Source of the DNA: Takakia lepidozioides | Taxonomy: Eukaryota > Plantae > Bryophyta | Assembly (NCBI GenBank): GCA_030704615.1 | Contig: CM060732.1 | Coordinates: 3,162,001 to 3,226,000 of the forward strand | DNA: 64,000 nt | Reading direction: 5' to 3' | In this document: positions 1-11,859 of the stretch, in pieces | Layout: the number at the start of each line of letters is the position of its first letter | Numbering within the stretch: the stretch's first letter is position 1 | Translations under genes and position numbers: made by a program | The notes under the pieces: model-generated | What the model was told of the DNA's origin: nothing | The model's input: only the letters and a program-made list of their open reading frames with translations | Databases searched by the model: none

Positions 1-750
1 TCAACTTTGGAGCGTGGGGGAGGAAATGCATGCTTAGTCCGGCTTAGCTAGCTCAGGAATCCGATTGCAAAAACTTGTATTGTACAAATTTTGTTATAAA
101 TGAAATGGTTTCGAAATGTTATGCGTCCTATTTTGTTTGGAATGGTGATGCATGGTATGGTTGGCTAGTGTGTAGTTGGAGAGGTAACTTGGATTAATCG
201 TGTGTTTGTGTAGTGCCAAAATCGGGTGACTCCACCCAAGGGCAAGGAAACTTGCACCTTCTTTGGGAGTTCACGTGCTAGTGCGCACCTGGCGCGTGCG
301 CGTACTATAACTGCGCTACCGAGGGGGTTGCCTGGTAGTGCGGGCTAACGTGGAAGCTACGTGCTTCCGTTCACGTACTATAATCGGTAGCCTCGGACGA
401 AGTTGTAGTGCGGCTTCGGCGTGTTCCCGTACCTCAGGTGCCAAGAAGCGACATCACAAGCGGTCGCATGCAAATGTTGTTGCAGTAAGACGATTCGATC
501 CTCGGGGAGGATCCTTCCTTGGCCTTGAAGTGCACTGGGAGGAGCTTGAGAGGCCCCACCCTTGGCCCGGACTTGGAGGAAGTCGGCCGAACTAGCTAGT
601 GGAGAGTAGAGTCAAGTGGGGGTTTGGTTCTTAGCCATGGGATGCCATGGTGCGGAAACAAACTCCTTGATGTGGGACGCCACAACTTGGATGTTCGTTT
701 CTACGAAATAGACAAGTCGATGATGACAACGACTCCCTGTTGTAGGGGTG

Positions 751-1460
751 TGTCGCGCCTTTGCCTTGAGGCTAGGGGTCGGACACGAGAGGGGCTGCCC
801 CTGTGGTGGGGGCAGGGCGACAATAGATGGCGGGGGCTAAAGCACCCTTGAGTTCCCAAGGCACTCAAGGAGCGGAGGCGCTCACTAGGTGGAGCCCCGC
901 ACACCGTTGCGGTGCGGGGTGGTTCCACGAGGGTGGTGGTAGCTTAGTGGGACTTAGTGGGGGTGGCGTAGACTCACCATGGGGCGGAGACCTTGTGGTG
1001 GGAGTCGTGGGGAGTCTTGGGACTCATCACGGTCCAATGGGACCGTGTGAGTGGGCCAACTCACCGCGACTCATCACCGGGAATCGAGGGTTTTCGTGGT
1101 GATTTGCCATAAAATGGCATTGTTGTTTGTAGAAACCCCGCGGACAGTCACAGAAGTATATATGGGGAGTAGTAACCCCGAGAACGGTGCAAGCCCGTTG
1201 GTGACCAAAAACTTGTGAGCGTGCGAGCCGGAAAGCGACCAGGGTGTGGGGAGCTATTCCGGACTGCCATCGACCAAAGGGAATTTCCACTAGGCCCAAA
1301 TTGGGAGAGGGTCTTGTGGAGGAGTAAAAGGGGACCACTATGTCCCGGTGAGCAGCCGAAGCTCCGAGTTGGCCCGGCGGCCAGTTAGGGAGTTAGGCAC
1401 GCGCATCAGAGCGAGTAACTATGACTTGAAGGGGAGCTTACCGAAGTGAGGTGTGCGACA
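751..1460 (+). mobile_element. LTR, retrotransposon family 1 (likely 3' LTR)
   Basis: Starts TGTCGC and ends GCGACA (6-bp inverted ends). Preceded by purine-rich AGGGGTG and not followed by a PBS. Homologous to 2284-2863 and 31789-32574. Confidence 0.8.
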
Positions 1461-1736
1461 CGCCGACTATTGAAAGGGCTGCCAGGAAGCAGAGAGGGTG
1501 CGCAAGGAAGGGGGAAGTGTGGGGAAGATGAAGTGAGAGGAGTTTGGAGCAAGGAAGTGTTGTTGCTGTCGCGGTTTGAAACGCGTAGGTCACGAGCGAA
1601 GGTCGGGCAAATGGCAAAGAAAAAGCGCAGCATTTAATATACCCATACCCTGGAATGAGGCGCAACATTTACTTCGACATGACATCCAATCGGAGGGTGA
1701 CGGCCCCACGTGGCTGCCAGATATCATCTCAAGAAA

Positions 1737-2280
1737 GATGTCCGGAAGCAGGGGGTGCGAGAGTTTGCCAATTCGCTCAGTGCCGACCTCCTGCGCAAGT
1801 CGGAGGCAAAGGCAGACAGAACCTGGTATAGGCTGAGCATAGACGCAATGGTGGACTACATATTTCAGGTACAGCTCCTAACTCTTTTGTTGAGCTAATC
1901 TATCTCTGCTCCCCCAATAGAAGAAAAAGTGTGGACCAGGATTTCTAATCTTATGTGCGCATTCTTGACAGACGAAAATTCAGCAAGATTTGGCACATGA
2001 GTGGAGGTTCTACATGGAGTCAGAGGAGAAGAAACTAACCCTCTTGGCAATGGAATCGTATCTCAAAGCTGCGGAGGCGAAGGCTCGCATCAAGTTCAAG
2101 TCGCGGATGGTGAAGTACGTGGCCATTCCTGATCCCGCCCTTGGTGCTGACTTTCTGGTGGTGGAGGATAAGCACGACTCCCGCGCTCTGAAGCCCACGA
2201 TGACATTGGAGAAGCTGCATCATCTAGCCACAACCTGTGTGGATGCAACATAAAAGGTTATACATTCTTAACCAAATTAT
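1737..2280 (+). pseudogene. Fragment (two exons) of the subfamily-B ParB-methyltransferase gene
   Basis: Near-identical to 26866-27410 (KQGVREFANSLSADLLRKSEAKADRTWYRL; RFYMESEEK...TLEKLHHL). Cut by the LTR at 2284. Confidence 0.8.
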
Positions 2281-2283
2281 CGT

Positions 2284-2863
2284 TGTCGCGGCCCTTTGCC
2301 TTGAGGGCAGGGGGTCAGGACACAAAAGGGGTTGCCCCTGTGGTGGGGGCAGTGGCAACAATAGATACGGGGGATGATGCACCCTTGAGTGCCCAAGGCA
2401 CTCAAGGAGGCAGAGGCGCTCACTAGGTGGAACCCCGCGCACCGGGTTGCGGTGGGGGTGGTTCCACGAGGGGTGGTGGTAGCTTAGTGGGACTTAGTGG
2501 GGGTGGCAAAGGACTCACCATGGGGCGGAGACCTTGTGGTGGGAGTCGTGGGGAGTCTTGGGACTCATCACGGTCCAATGGGGCCATGGTGGGTGGGCCA
2601 AAACTCACCGTGACTCACCACCGGGAATGGAGGGTCTTCGTGGTGGTTCGCCATAAAAGGACGGTATTGTTTGTGAAACCCCCGTGGACAGTCACAGAAG
2701 TATATATAGGGAGTAGTAACCCCGAGAACGGTGCAAGCCCGTTGGTGACCAAAAACTAGTGAGTAAGCGTGCGAGCCGGAAAGCGACCAAGGTGTGGGGA
2801 GTTGTTCCAGAGTTCCAACAACCAAAGGGAATTTCCACTAGGCCCAAATTGAGAGAGGGTCTC
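2284..2863 (+). mobile_element. Truncated LTR, family 1
   Basis: Begins TGTCGCGG. Aligns with 751-~1310; 3' end missing. Confidence 0.75.
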
Positions 2864-3284
2864 TTGGGACAAAAAATTGGTAAGCTCTATATGGTCTCTT
2901 AATATACTCCCTATATTGTGCTTGCTTTGCGTCTCCGCTGGCCTGCAATAGAAATACCGGATCCAGATGTACCAGTATGGGTTGGCTGGAATATGCTTAA
3001 GACATGTATGTCTTAATGTTTCAATTTCAATTTTAAGTACTATATGCTTGGCTCTGGAGATTTATCTGCAATCCGGGTTTTTGAAATGAGATTACAATCT
3101 ACAAGTGTGGTGATGAATATCAAACCCATGGTGCTTTCATGATATGAATGACCAGGAATCCCGCCCTCCCAGCCTGTTTTTTCAGATACCCTGAAATGTA
3201 ACGAGGTATTCAAATGAGATGGTTAAAAAAAAAGGGGTTGTTAGATGGTGCCCTGTAAAGGGCTGCATTGTCTTTCAATGACAA

Positions 3285-4425
3285 TGACCTCAGTGGTCGC
3301 GAATATCCCCATACAATGGAGAAGAGGAGCGCACTCCTTCAGGAGTATACGTCTCTCCGATGGAGTCCACCCACGTCCTCTGGCAGCAGTTCCACCGCAA
3401 CAGCATAGCAGTGCGCATTCTTCTGCATGGGTGCCCGTCGTAGCTGGGAAAATCGGAATCAAGGATGTGCAGGAGCCACGAACTCCTCCGACCAAGATCG
3501 TCACCCCGCTCAAAGGCGTAGTGGCTTGGGATATACTCAAAAGCGGACAATGTTTCCACATTCGAACTAGTATCTTCTGTGTAATCAGTGTAGCAGATAA
3601 CGATGTCTCCCAATGTGGCTGAATACATTGCATAATCGAAGCCTCCATAAGGGTAGTTGTCCCAGTTCCGGAAGCACGGCATCCTTGCAAAGGAGAACTT
3701 GAGGACGTCTTTGATGCCGATGACAATGACCTTGCGGACAGCAACGAAGCCCTTAGATTTTCGAAATGATGAGAAGCGGAAGAGCAGTGCGGGCTCCAAT
3801 AATGGAGCATCTGGGTCCCACGTACCCACCAATCATCGTGTAACATGTTCATCACGCCAGCGGTGGATGAACCGATACCTCTTTCTTATCCACGGGGTAT
3901 AGTTTGAAATCTGCCACCGAAGTCCATCCCCCGGATGGAAATTCGGCGCCGCATTTACATCGAAGGGGGGATGGACTTCGTCGTCTTGAGTGGCTATAGG
4001 CCCACCTGGCACTTACTGCCCATAGTTTGCATGGCAGGGAAGGAAACTGAAACGGCTACATTCATGGAGCAGTCAATCTTCATCCGTGTAGGTTCCTGTA
4101 GGGGGGGAATTTAAATGTGCCCTGGAGTATTTGTGAGGAATTGCAGCGTTTGCTTGAACTTCTTCCAGCCACCGCGCTGCTGCCTCCTCCATCCGGGAGC
4201 TGCTGTCATTGAGCGTACTCCGCTACTCTTTTTTCAAGGATGTCATGCCGTCGAAATCCTGCAGACTGCCCTTATCATGGCCACGATTATGCTATGTTCA
4301 AACCAGAATTAGGAGACATCATTGTCTGGCTCTCTGTTTTCACAGACGCTTTTGGAATCAAGTGGGAGTCTTTGCGCGCAATGGAGTATTTGGAGGGCTA
4401 TTACCGCTTTGAGCGAGGTGAGGGG
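3285..4425 (-). mobile_element. Fragment of a MULE subfamily-A copy carrying orfX1 (-, ~3290-3890) and the 5' part of orfX2 (+, 4115-4425)
   Basis: Colinear and highly similar to 19810-20934. Interrupted at ~4425 by the terminus of another copy. Confidence 0.8.
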
Positions 4426-4940
4426 GGGGGCTGCTATTTCATGAGCCATGAGCCATGAGCGGCATGAGCCATGAGCAGAGTCGTAAGTGTGGAAAAAAAC
4501 ATGAGCAGCACTATTTTCCGGAAATGAGTGTCCGCGGGAATAGGGTTTAGGGTGCCACGGTCATAGGGGGAGAAGGACCTCCCGATGAAGGAGGTTCGGC
4601 AATGTTATTTAGAATTATATATTGAAAGGCAATGTTTCACGAATGGAAGGGTGGTACTGCTATGTACAATGGGGGCCCATTTCAGCCTACCAGCCACTTG
4701 CAAAATCCACCCACACTCCCAATCCCAAACGAAATGAGCAATGACGCATTCTCGGAACGATGGACACAGAATAGAATAAAAAGAGGGCACAATGAGGTTT
4801 TGATTGATCCACATGAATTGCATTTGAAGCACGTCTACTGTGCTGATTGTGCAATCAAATCTTTAGCCCTGTGCCTACTGAATACAAGTCACGTTGTCAA
4901 TGGGACTTCAACTGCTCTGAGAACTAGGAGGTTTACTATT

Positions 4941-5031
4941 TCATGAGCAGAAACCATGAGCCATGAGCCATGAGCCGCATGAGCCGCATGAGCGGTGAGC
5001 CGAAGTCTAAGATACGCGGATTTCATGAGCG
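4941..5031. repeat. Subterminal CATGAGC heptamer repeats (left end)
   Basis: Tandem or near-tandem CATGAGC(C/G). The same repeats occur at 4440-4507, 19580-19646, 28921-28962, 34581-34623 and 51620-51708. Confidence 0.85.
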
Positions 5032-5772
5032 GACTCCTCCAAATTTGGAAATGCGGCAGATTAAACAAGTATTAAAATAATAGTTTTTTATTTGACATTG
5101 CCGTTTTTGGACGTTCCAGATCATGTAATGCGGCGAAGATATGTCGTCAGTAACAAGTCCGCTCATGGTTTTATAGATCCGCTCATGGAAATAAGTGACC
5201 GTGCAACGGGAAATCCAGTATACCACTGCAAAAGGACGTCGCATACTGGCCTGTATAGAGTATTCCGCGGTTTTACATGCCTTAACATTGGAATGAAGCT
5301 GACCCTTTTGCCGCGATTGAACCAATGGAGTCTGCACCAATACAGTCTGCAGTACTTCACAATTCTGTCTTCTTCGGGTATTCGGCGGGAAAGGTTTGCA
5401 ACTGAACTGGGAAATAGGGTGCCGCATTAGGGTTCGCACGTGCGAAATTTCGGAGCGGTTTGGTGTTGGCGAAGGCCGCCTCTGGGGGTACCTACGACGA
5501 TACTTGGAAATTCGGCGCCGCATTTCCTTGTCGGAGGTCGAATGAGGAGAGCAAGTTTTCGGAAAGCAGAAAAACATGAACCCTCCAACATACAAAAATA
5601 CATGCACGTGGAAACAAGTGAACGATATAGTAATATCTTAGTTCGATCAAAACAGGTTACTGGTAGGCAAGACATATGTCGGACCTTTGTGTGGCCAGAG
5701 TCTGAGGTACTGGCAGCAGTACAGTTCTACTATCCGATGGGCGTACCATTGTATGTGGACCGCAAGCCAAGC

Positions 5773-8700
5773 TCACTGGTCCCCTGGATCCATATTCAGA
5801 AGAGTGTGAACCTCCTGGGGGCTCAACCCTGGTGCATGTATGAAGTGATGAGTTGTGGAATTACAACGGAGTCTCTTTAGGTACACGTAGTACAAATGCT
5901 TGCAAGGGCAGTATGATGCCCCCTTGTTCGCCATGATCTGGAAGTCGGTGCAATTGCAGGTGGGTAATTCTGAAATGGTGATGGTGTACACCTCATTGGA
6001 ACAGCTGAGCCCGCCGTGGCCATCTGATACACACGCCCGAATCCTGGTGGGGGCACTTCTGTCGAGCTCTGGATTGTACAGTTCATCCGAAGTGCATTCC
6101 CCATCCTTGTCTCGTTCACTTTTGAGGGAGGTCGCCGCCTCTTCGGTTTCCCCCAACGGTGTGTAGGATGCTTAGAGCTGTCGTGTCCCATTGTTCTTGC
6201 TCTCACAGGGGTCGGTGGTGGAGGCTGTGGAAGCGGAAATGGTTGTCTGGGCACGTCAGTGCGCTGCACCATCCGAAATCCTGCGGCGGTAAGGGCGTCG
6301 GCCTCAACCTGACTCAGATCGCAGCCTGGTTCCACCGGCCACACCGGGGGAGCCTCTGGCATTGTCTGTATGCCGTACTTGGGCTTTCCATACACGCAAG
6401 TCATAATGTCGTGCCTGCAGAACCAGAACTGGGTGGTTGTCGCCTCCGCAAACTTTGCATGGACAAATCTTCCTGTAAAAGTAGGAGCAGGGACAGCCCC
6501 ATCTGGATTCCTCCTTATCATCTCTAAACAACGTTGCCGTGTATCCACACGAATTGCGGAACACCTTCCTCGAAACGACGGCTTTGTGCGAGCAATTCTC
6601 CACTGTGAGGCAGACACAGTCGTCTCCACAATGGCTTGGCCATACTGCATAACAGCGGGCGGAATGTGGGGCAAGGGAGCGGTGGGAATTTGTTGCACGA
6701 AATCCCCGGTTGAAGGCGACGGCGATCTGGAATTTCTTGGGCTTCCACTGCTGGAAGACACATTGTGCGGCAACATGACGGGACCTCGAGGTGCTGTCCG
6801 AATGTTCCTTGTCGGATCTCCAGGAATCCTCTTCGCACCCGGGTTCCTCTTCAATCCTCCGCCTGACAGGGCGAGTCCGGACGTCCCCCTCTAGGTGTTC
6901 ACCTCTGCGGTGCAGAGGCGTCCCTTTGATCTTCTCTCGCAATGCTGTCGCCCATTTCACTGGATTCTTGGACCTCGAAGCTGTTCGTACCAACAATTCC
7001 TCCCTGTCCGGCCCAAAGCCCCATTGTTTGCCGCTCAGGAACTTGTAGTACGTGGCTTGCTGCATGATTGCTCTGTCGATGTCCTCCGTTGTGGCCGTCA
7101 CTACGTCCACCAGATGTGCGGCAGAAGACGCTCGCCAGGAGGAGTGGACCGATTCTGCCATATTCGTGTTCGGCATGTCCGTGTCGGAATCCAAGCACCG
7201 CTCCTAGAAGGACACAAACAACGGTGAGGGACCAATCGAAATGTCCGTAACAGAAAGACAAATGAACGAAAATGACAGCAGCCTACCTCCCGCATGTACT
7301 GTCCGAACTGTCGATACCGAAAATGCCACCACCCCAACCAGCTGTGCAATGCTCCCAGATTGGTTGTCTCCACTGCACCTGACGTGTTCCACCAAGCCTC
7401 GATGATAGCAAACTTAACCTCCGCGTCATCAAATGTGGGTGCATCCTTCCACGCCGTACAAAGGACACGGTGTTCAGCCTGGAATGAGCTAGCAACAAAT
7501 TTGGTAGTGTAGTGGGATAGACTCTGCATCCAATGGAATCCACAGGATCTCTCTTTCCCCTCCATTGGAACATTGGGGTCCTCACCGTACACACGCCGCA
7601 CCGCTGCCCAGTTGGCCTGAGCGTTGTCTGCCATGAATCCCCTGAAATTGGGCTCTGGCAATCCCGCCCTTGCCATCTGCTGGTTTATGCCCTCCCACAG
7701 ATGCATCTCGGACTGTGTCCTCCCCTTTCATCTCGCAGATTGCAATCGTCATGAGCCTCTTGGAGTGATAGTCATAAACATGCGCACCCATAGTCACCCA
7801 CTGATGGTTTGTAATTCGCTTGATGTGATCAAACATCACCCAAGCATTCGACAAGTTTCCAGTTGTCATGCGAGTGACCAAGTCGACTCCACTCCCAGGC
7901 CCACACGTCGACATTTTGAAAATGTAACAACGATCGGATTCGCTGCCTTGCCCTGGAAACCTGCTACCTTGGATGTAGTCATATCCAGTCATTCGTTTCA
8001 CCTCCAGGATTGAGTACATGTCCGACCCCCTGCCGAACTCCTGCTTGCAAGATACGATGTGATTCCGCACATTCGGACTACAAACGTGCGAGACGGACTC
8101 CAAGAGGTCACGCATCTCGTCTTCGGTCAAGGGCTCTCGGTCGGAACCATCTTCAGACATGATTTTGCCAAGAGCAATCTTGTGGGCTGCCTTCAGCTGA
8201 ATCTGCTTTGGTCTGGCTCCGGGGCTCAATTTCACCTCCTCTTTTATGATGTCGTGTGCTTCCTGCACAGCCTCACGCATGTTGCCTCTCGCCAAGGGGT
8301 GGCAGTGGACCCCAACGTGTATGCAAGCTCTAGTCAAGTCCGGGAGCAAATGGATTACGTAATATTGCTTGGCTCTGCACATGGACATGCACGTCGGTGG
8401 TTCTTTGCAATGTGCACACTTGAAAGAACCCGCAGGAGCTTGGCTGGAGACAATGAATGGATGATGCGTTGTGCCAGTCCAATCCGTCTCGTTTCTCCGC
8501 CCTCCTTTGGAGAGAAAGTGGAAGCAGGTGGGATTGAGGCACCTCAGCTTCCCCGCACAGAGGACATATCGTACACGAACACCATCAGCAATTTTCGTGC
8601 TACTGGTCTTCGTCACACACCAGGGGTGTCCGTCATGCTTTCGATCCATGTCTGTTAACATCCCGGAGGCTTTCTTTGACGAAGAAACAGGTGGAAACTC

Positions 8701-9378
8701 GAAGATGACATTGCCATCGACTTCGGGAGGCAGAAAAGTTACCTTTCTGACTGGGAATTTGGCATAGTCGAGAGCAGCCAGCTCGGAGCGAGAACCATCG
8801 AGGTGATGTTGTCGTAGGAGCTGCACAATGGACCGGGTTGGAGTTATGCTCGAGGGCACATGCGTAGCACCTACAGAGACGTCCATGCCGGATTTGAACG
8901 ACCGTGTGGAGGACATGGGTACCTCAATGCAATCATCTTCCTCGTCGGAAATGTCGAATACGTCCACACGAGAAGCTATGGAGGGTCTTGACGGTCCAGG
9001 TCGGGAATGATTATCGTTGCATACCTCTCTGTTGGCAGTGGCCGCCTCTCGGTTTCCGGACTCCTTTGTGGATGGTGTGGGCAGCGACTGATTCGGAAAG
9101 GGAATGGGCATTCCCACAGCTCGGTACAGGATGGTGTCTGACGGGGGAACGTGCCATTCGATTCCGCAACCTCCGTCGTTACCTAGCACGACAATGGTCT
9201 CGTCAACCTGTCCAGGAACATCCTTCCTTTCTTCTTCCAAATAAACTGTGCCCGGTTTGAGCTTGAATTTGGAACAAAGGTAAGTTTCAGTCACTCTGCA
9301 AAGTCCTCCCTCGTTTGGGATCCAGGCTCTCCCAAGTTGCGGAGGACAGCAAACTATAGCGTAGGAATTCGGAGCCAT
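5773..9378 (-). CDS. MULE/Mutator-type DDE transposase with N-terminal GCM/WRKY-like Zn domain and C-terminal SWIM finger (one intron 7286-7204; about three frameshifts near 7715, 6810 and 6000)
   Basis: GCM-like segment HPWCVTKTSS..CAGKLRCLNPTC..CAHC..C..C..IHVGVHCHP. DDE-type motifs WVMFDH, FMADNAQAN, CGFHW (CxxH) and TNMAESVH. SWIM CNCTDF..CPCKH. The start MAPNSYAIV aligns with the paralog at 60720. Confidence 0.85.
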
Positions 9379-9807
9379 CGAACACCGCACGGAGTTGGCA
9401 AGTGCGAGGTTCAGTATAGCGACAGACCAAGGCTCACAGGCACCATCTAAGTGGATCTGCGGAGTCCATCGACAATTGGAAGTCGCACATTGAAGTGGAA
9501 AGTATTGTTTCAAGCTACATGCATGAAGGTGGGAGGTTTGATTCCATAGCCAGTGAGTAGGACAATGATGGCCGATTCGGCGACGAAATAACATCTCCTG
9601 ACAGTTTCTCCTGAGGGTGGATCCAGCAGTATTCTCGGTGCAGACAGGAACGTTCGCACTGACAAGTGCCAGGACTGCTGGTTAAAACGGTCAGACAACC
9701 AAGTTGTGCTCATCAAGACTGGCCGCAATTGTGTTGTTTCGGAACAATGCAACCCATTGAGGTTCCAGATTTCCCGTCACGAGTGATTCTGTCGATTGCT
9801 GGTGGAC

Positions 9808-11565
9808 GGAAATACGGCGCCGCATTTCCGTATTGCATCTTGGTCATGCAACAGAGCGACGGAAATGCGGCACCGAGTTTCCGTCCGGGGGAAACCTTTA
9901 TACTCTCCAGAACGGAAATGCGGTAACGCATTTCCATCCAGCAAGCACGGTATGTGAAGGTGGAACGGAAATGCGGTACCGCATTTCCGTTCTGATTGAG
10001 ATTTATGAACAACGGGAACAGAAATGCGGCACCGCATTTCCGTCCGAGTCGCACTTTTCGACATTCCAGAACGGGAATGCGGCGCCGCATTTCCATTTTG
10101 TATCTGATGCATGGAGCTGAGGGATAGAAATGCTGCAGCACATTTCCGTCCTTAAAAGACATTCATACTCTCGAGAACGGAAATGCGGTACCGCATTTTC
10201 ATTCAACAAGCACGGTATGTGAAGGTGGAACGGAAATGCGGTACCGCATTTCCGTTCTGATTGAGAATTATGAACAACGGGAACAGAAATGCGGCACCGC
10301 ATTTCCGTCAAAGTCGCACTTTTCGACATTCCATAAAGGAAATGCGGCGCCGCATTTCCATTTTGTATCTGATGCCTGGAGCCGAGTAAGATTCCGACAG
10401 CTTCATACAGCGCAATTCCGACCGGTTGAGACATTCACACTATCCAGAACGGAAATGCGGCACCGCATTTCCGTTCTGACTGAAAATCGTGAACTATCTG
10501 AACTGAAATGCGGCACCGTATTTCCATCCGAGTCGCACCTACCATCATTCCAGAACGGAAATGCGGCACCGCATTTCCGTTCTGACTGAAAATCGTGAAC
10601 CATCGGAACTGAAATGCGGCAACGTATTTCCATCCGAGTCGCACCTACCATCATTCCAGAACGGAAATGCGGCACCGCATTTCCGTTCTGACTGAAAATC
10701 GTGAACCATCGGAACTGAAATGCGGCAGCGCATTTCCATCCGAGTCGCACCTCCCAACATTCCAGAACGGAATGTATTAGATTTAAAAGGGAAATGCGGC
10801 ACCGCATTTCCGTTCTGATGAAATATCCTGAAACATCGGAATTGAAATGCGGTACCGCATTTCCGTCGGAGTCCCACCATCCGACATTCCAAAACGGAAA
10901 TGCGGCACCGCATTTCCGTTTTGTATGTGAGGCATGGAGCTGTGGAACGAAAATGCGGGAAGGCATTTCCGCCAGCGTCAGACGTTAATACTCTACAGAA
11001 CGGAAATGCGGTACCGCATTTCCATTCTGACTGAAAATCGTGCGCAACGGGTACAGAAATGCGGCACCGCATTTCCGTTCGAGTCGCACCTTCCGACATT
11101 CTCGAACGGAAATGCGGCGCCGCATTTCCGTTTTGTATATTCGGCCTGGAGCTGTGCTACGGAAATGTGTTGCCGCATTTCCATCCATGTGAGACCTTCA
11201 ACCTTTCCAGACCGGAAATGCGACACCGCATTTCTGTCCAGGTGAGACCTCTATACTTTCCCGAACGGAAATGTGGCACGGCATTTCCATTCATCAACTA
11301 ACGTATGTGAAGTGGGAACGGAAATGCGGCGCCGCATTTCCCTTCTGAATCTCATACATGGAGCTGTGGGACGGAAATGCGGCACCGTATTTCCGTTCAA
11401 CAACTAAGGTATGTGAAGGTGGAACGGAAATGCGGTGCCGCATTTTCTTCCAACAAGTACGGATGTGTAGCTTCGTGATGGTACTTAACGGAAATGCGGC
11501 GCCGCATTCGCATTCTCGCTCCAACTCATCAGACGCTGGGACGGAAATGCCTTGAAATGTGAACA
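9808..11565. repeat. Array of ~33 palindromes GGAAATGCGGYRCCGCATTTCC with a 53-bp period, between the two divergent genes
   Basis: Motif starts counted at 9808, 9861, 9914, 9967, 10020 ... 10338; 10451 ... 10716; 10790 ... 11426; 11490; 11543. Spacers are ~31 bp and fall into recurring classes. Confidence 0.95.
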
Positions 11566-11859
11566 CGTGGAGCAACGGAATTGCTGCACATGTCGGCACT
11601 CTATCTGACTGAAGGGGCATGAGGCGGCGCGGCCTGACCGTTGGATAATGATGTTTGATTTTCGGACGGCGGGCGTACCCTCAACGATTCGAATTTCGTA
11701 ATGACGCAAACTCCACGAGGAGACACTTTCGTCCAACCTTTCGAACCCAAGTGGTGCATCACCGCCGTTTCATCTACTTTTGTCGTGTCTCCTCAGTCAC
11801 CCCTCTCGCGCCCTTTCCATCTGCACTCTTTGCCCCTTTTCCCTCTCTCTGTTCTTCTT

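Noticed and set aside
560-750. Chromodomain remnant before the family-1 LTR
   Set aside because: Only a weak RVKW-like trace interrupted by stops; insufficient support.
4541-4552. Telomere-like TAGGGTTTAGGG
   Set aside because: Under two units, within the subterminal region; not a telomeric array.
5023-5880. ORFs between the left TIR and the transposase stop
   Set aside because: No recognisable motif and no diverged homolog in the window to support coding.
9808-11565. CRISPR array (palindromic 22-bp repeat with ~31-bp spacers)
   Set aside because: Spacers recur in higher-order duplications (e.g. 265-bp and 106-bp blocks), the repeats are also scattered in introns, there are no cas genes, and the context is a eukaryotic transposon.
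9666-11736. Many overlapping ORFs with EMRCRIS/GNAAPHF/KCGAAF repeats (also at 17.0-18.0, 21.0-21.9, 23.4-24.4, 28.0-28.5 and 33.0-33.5 kb)
   Set aside because: They are translations of the DNA palindrome in all six frames, not proteins.
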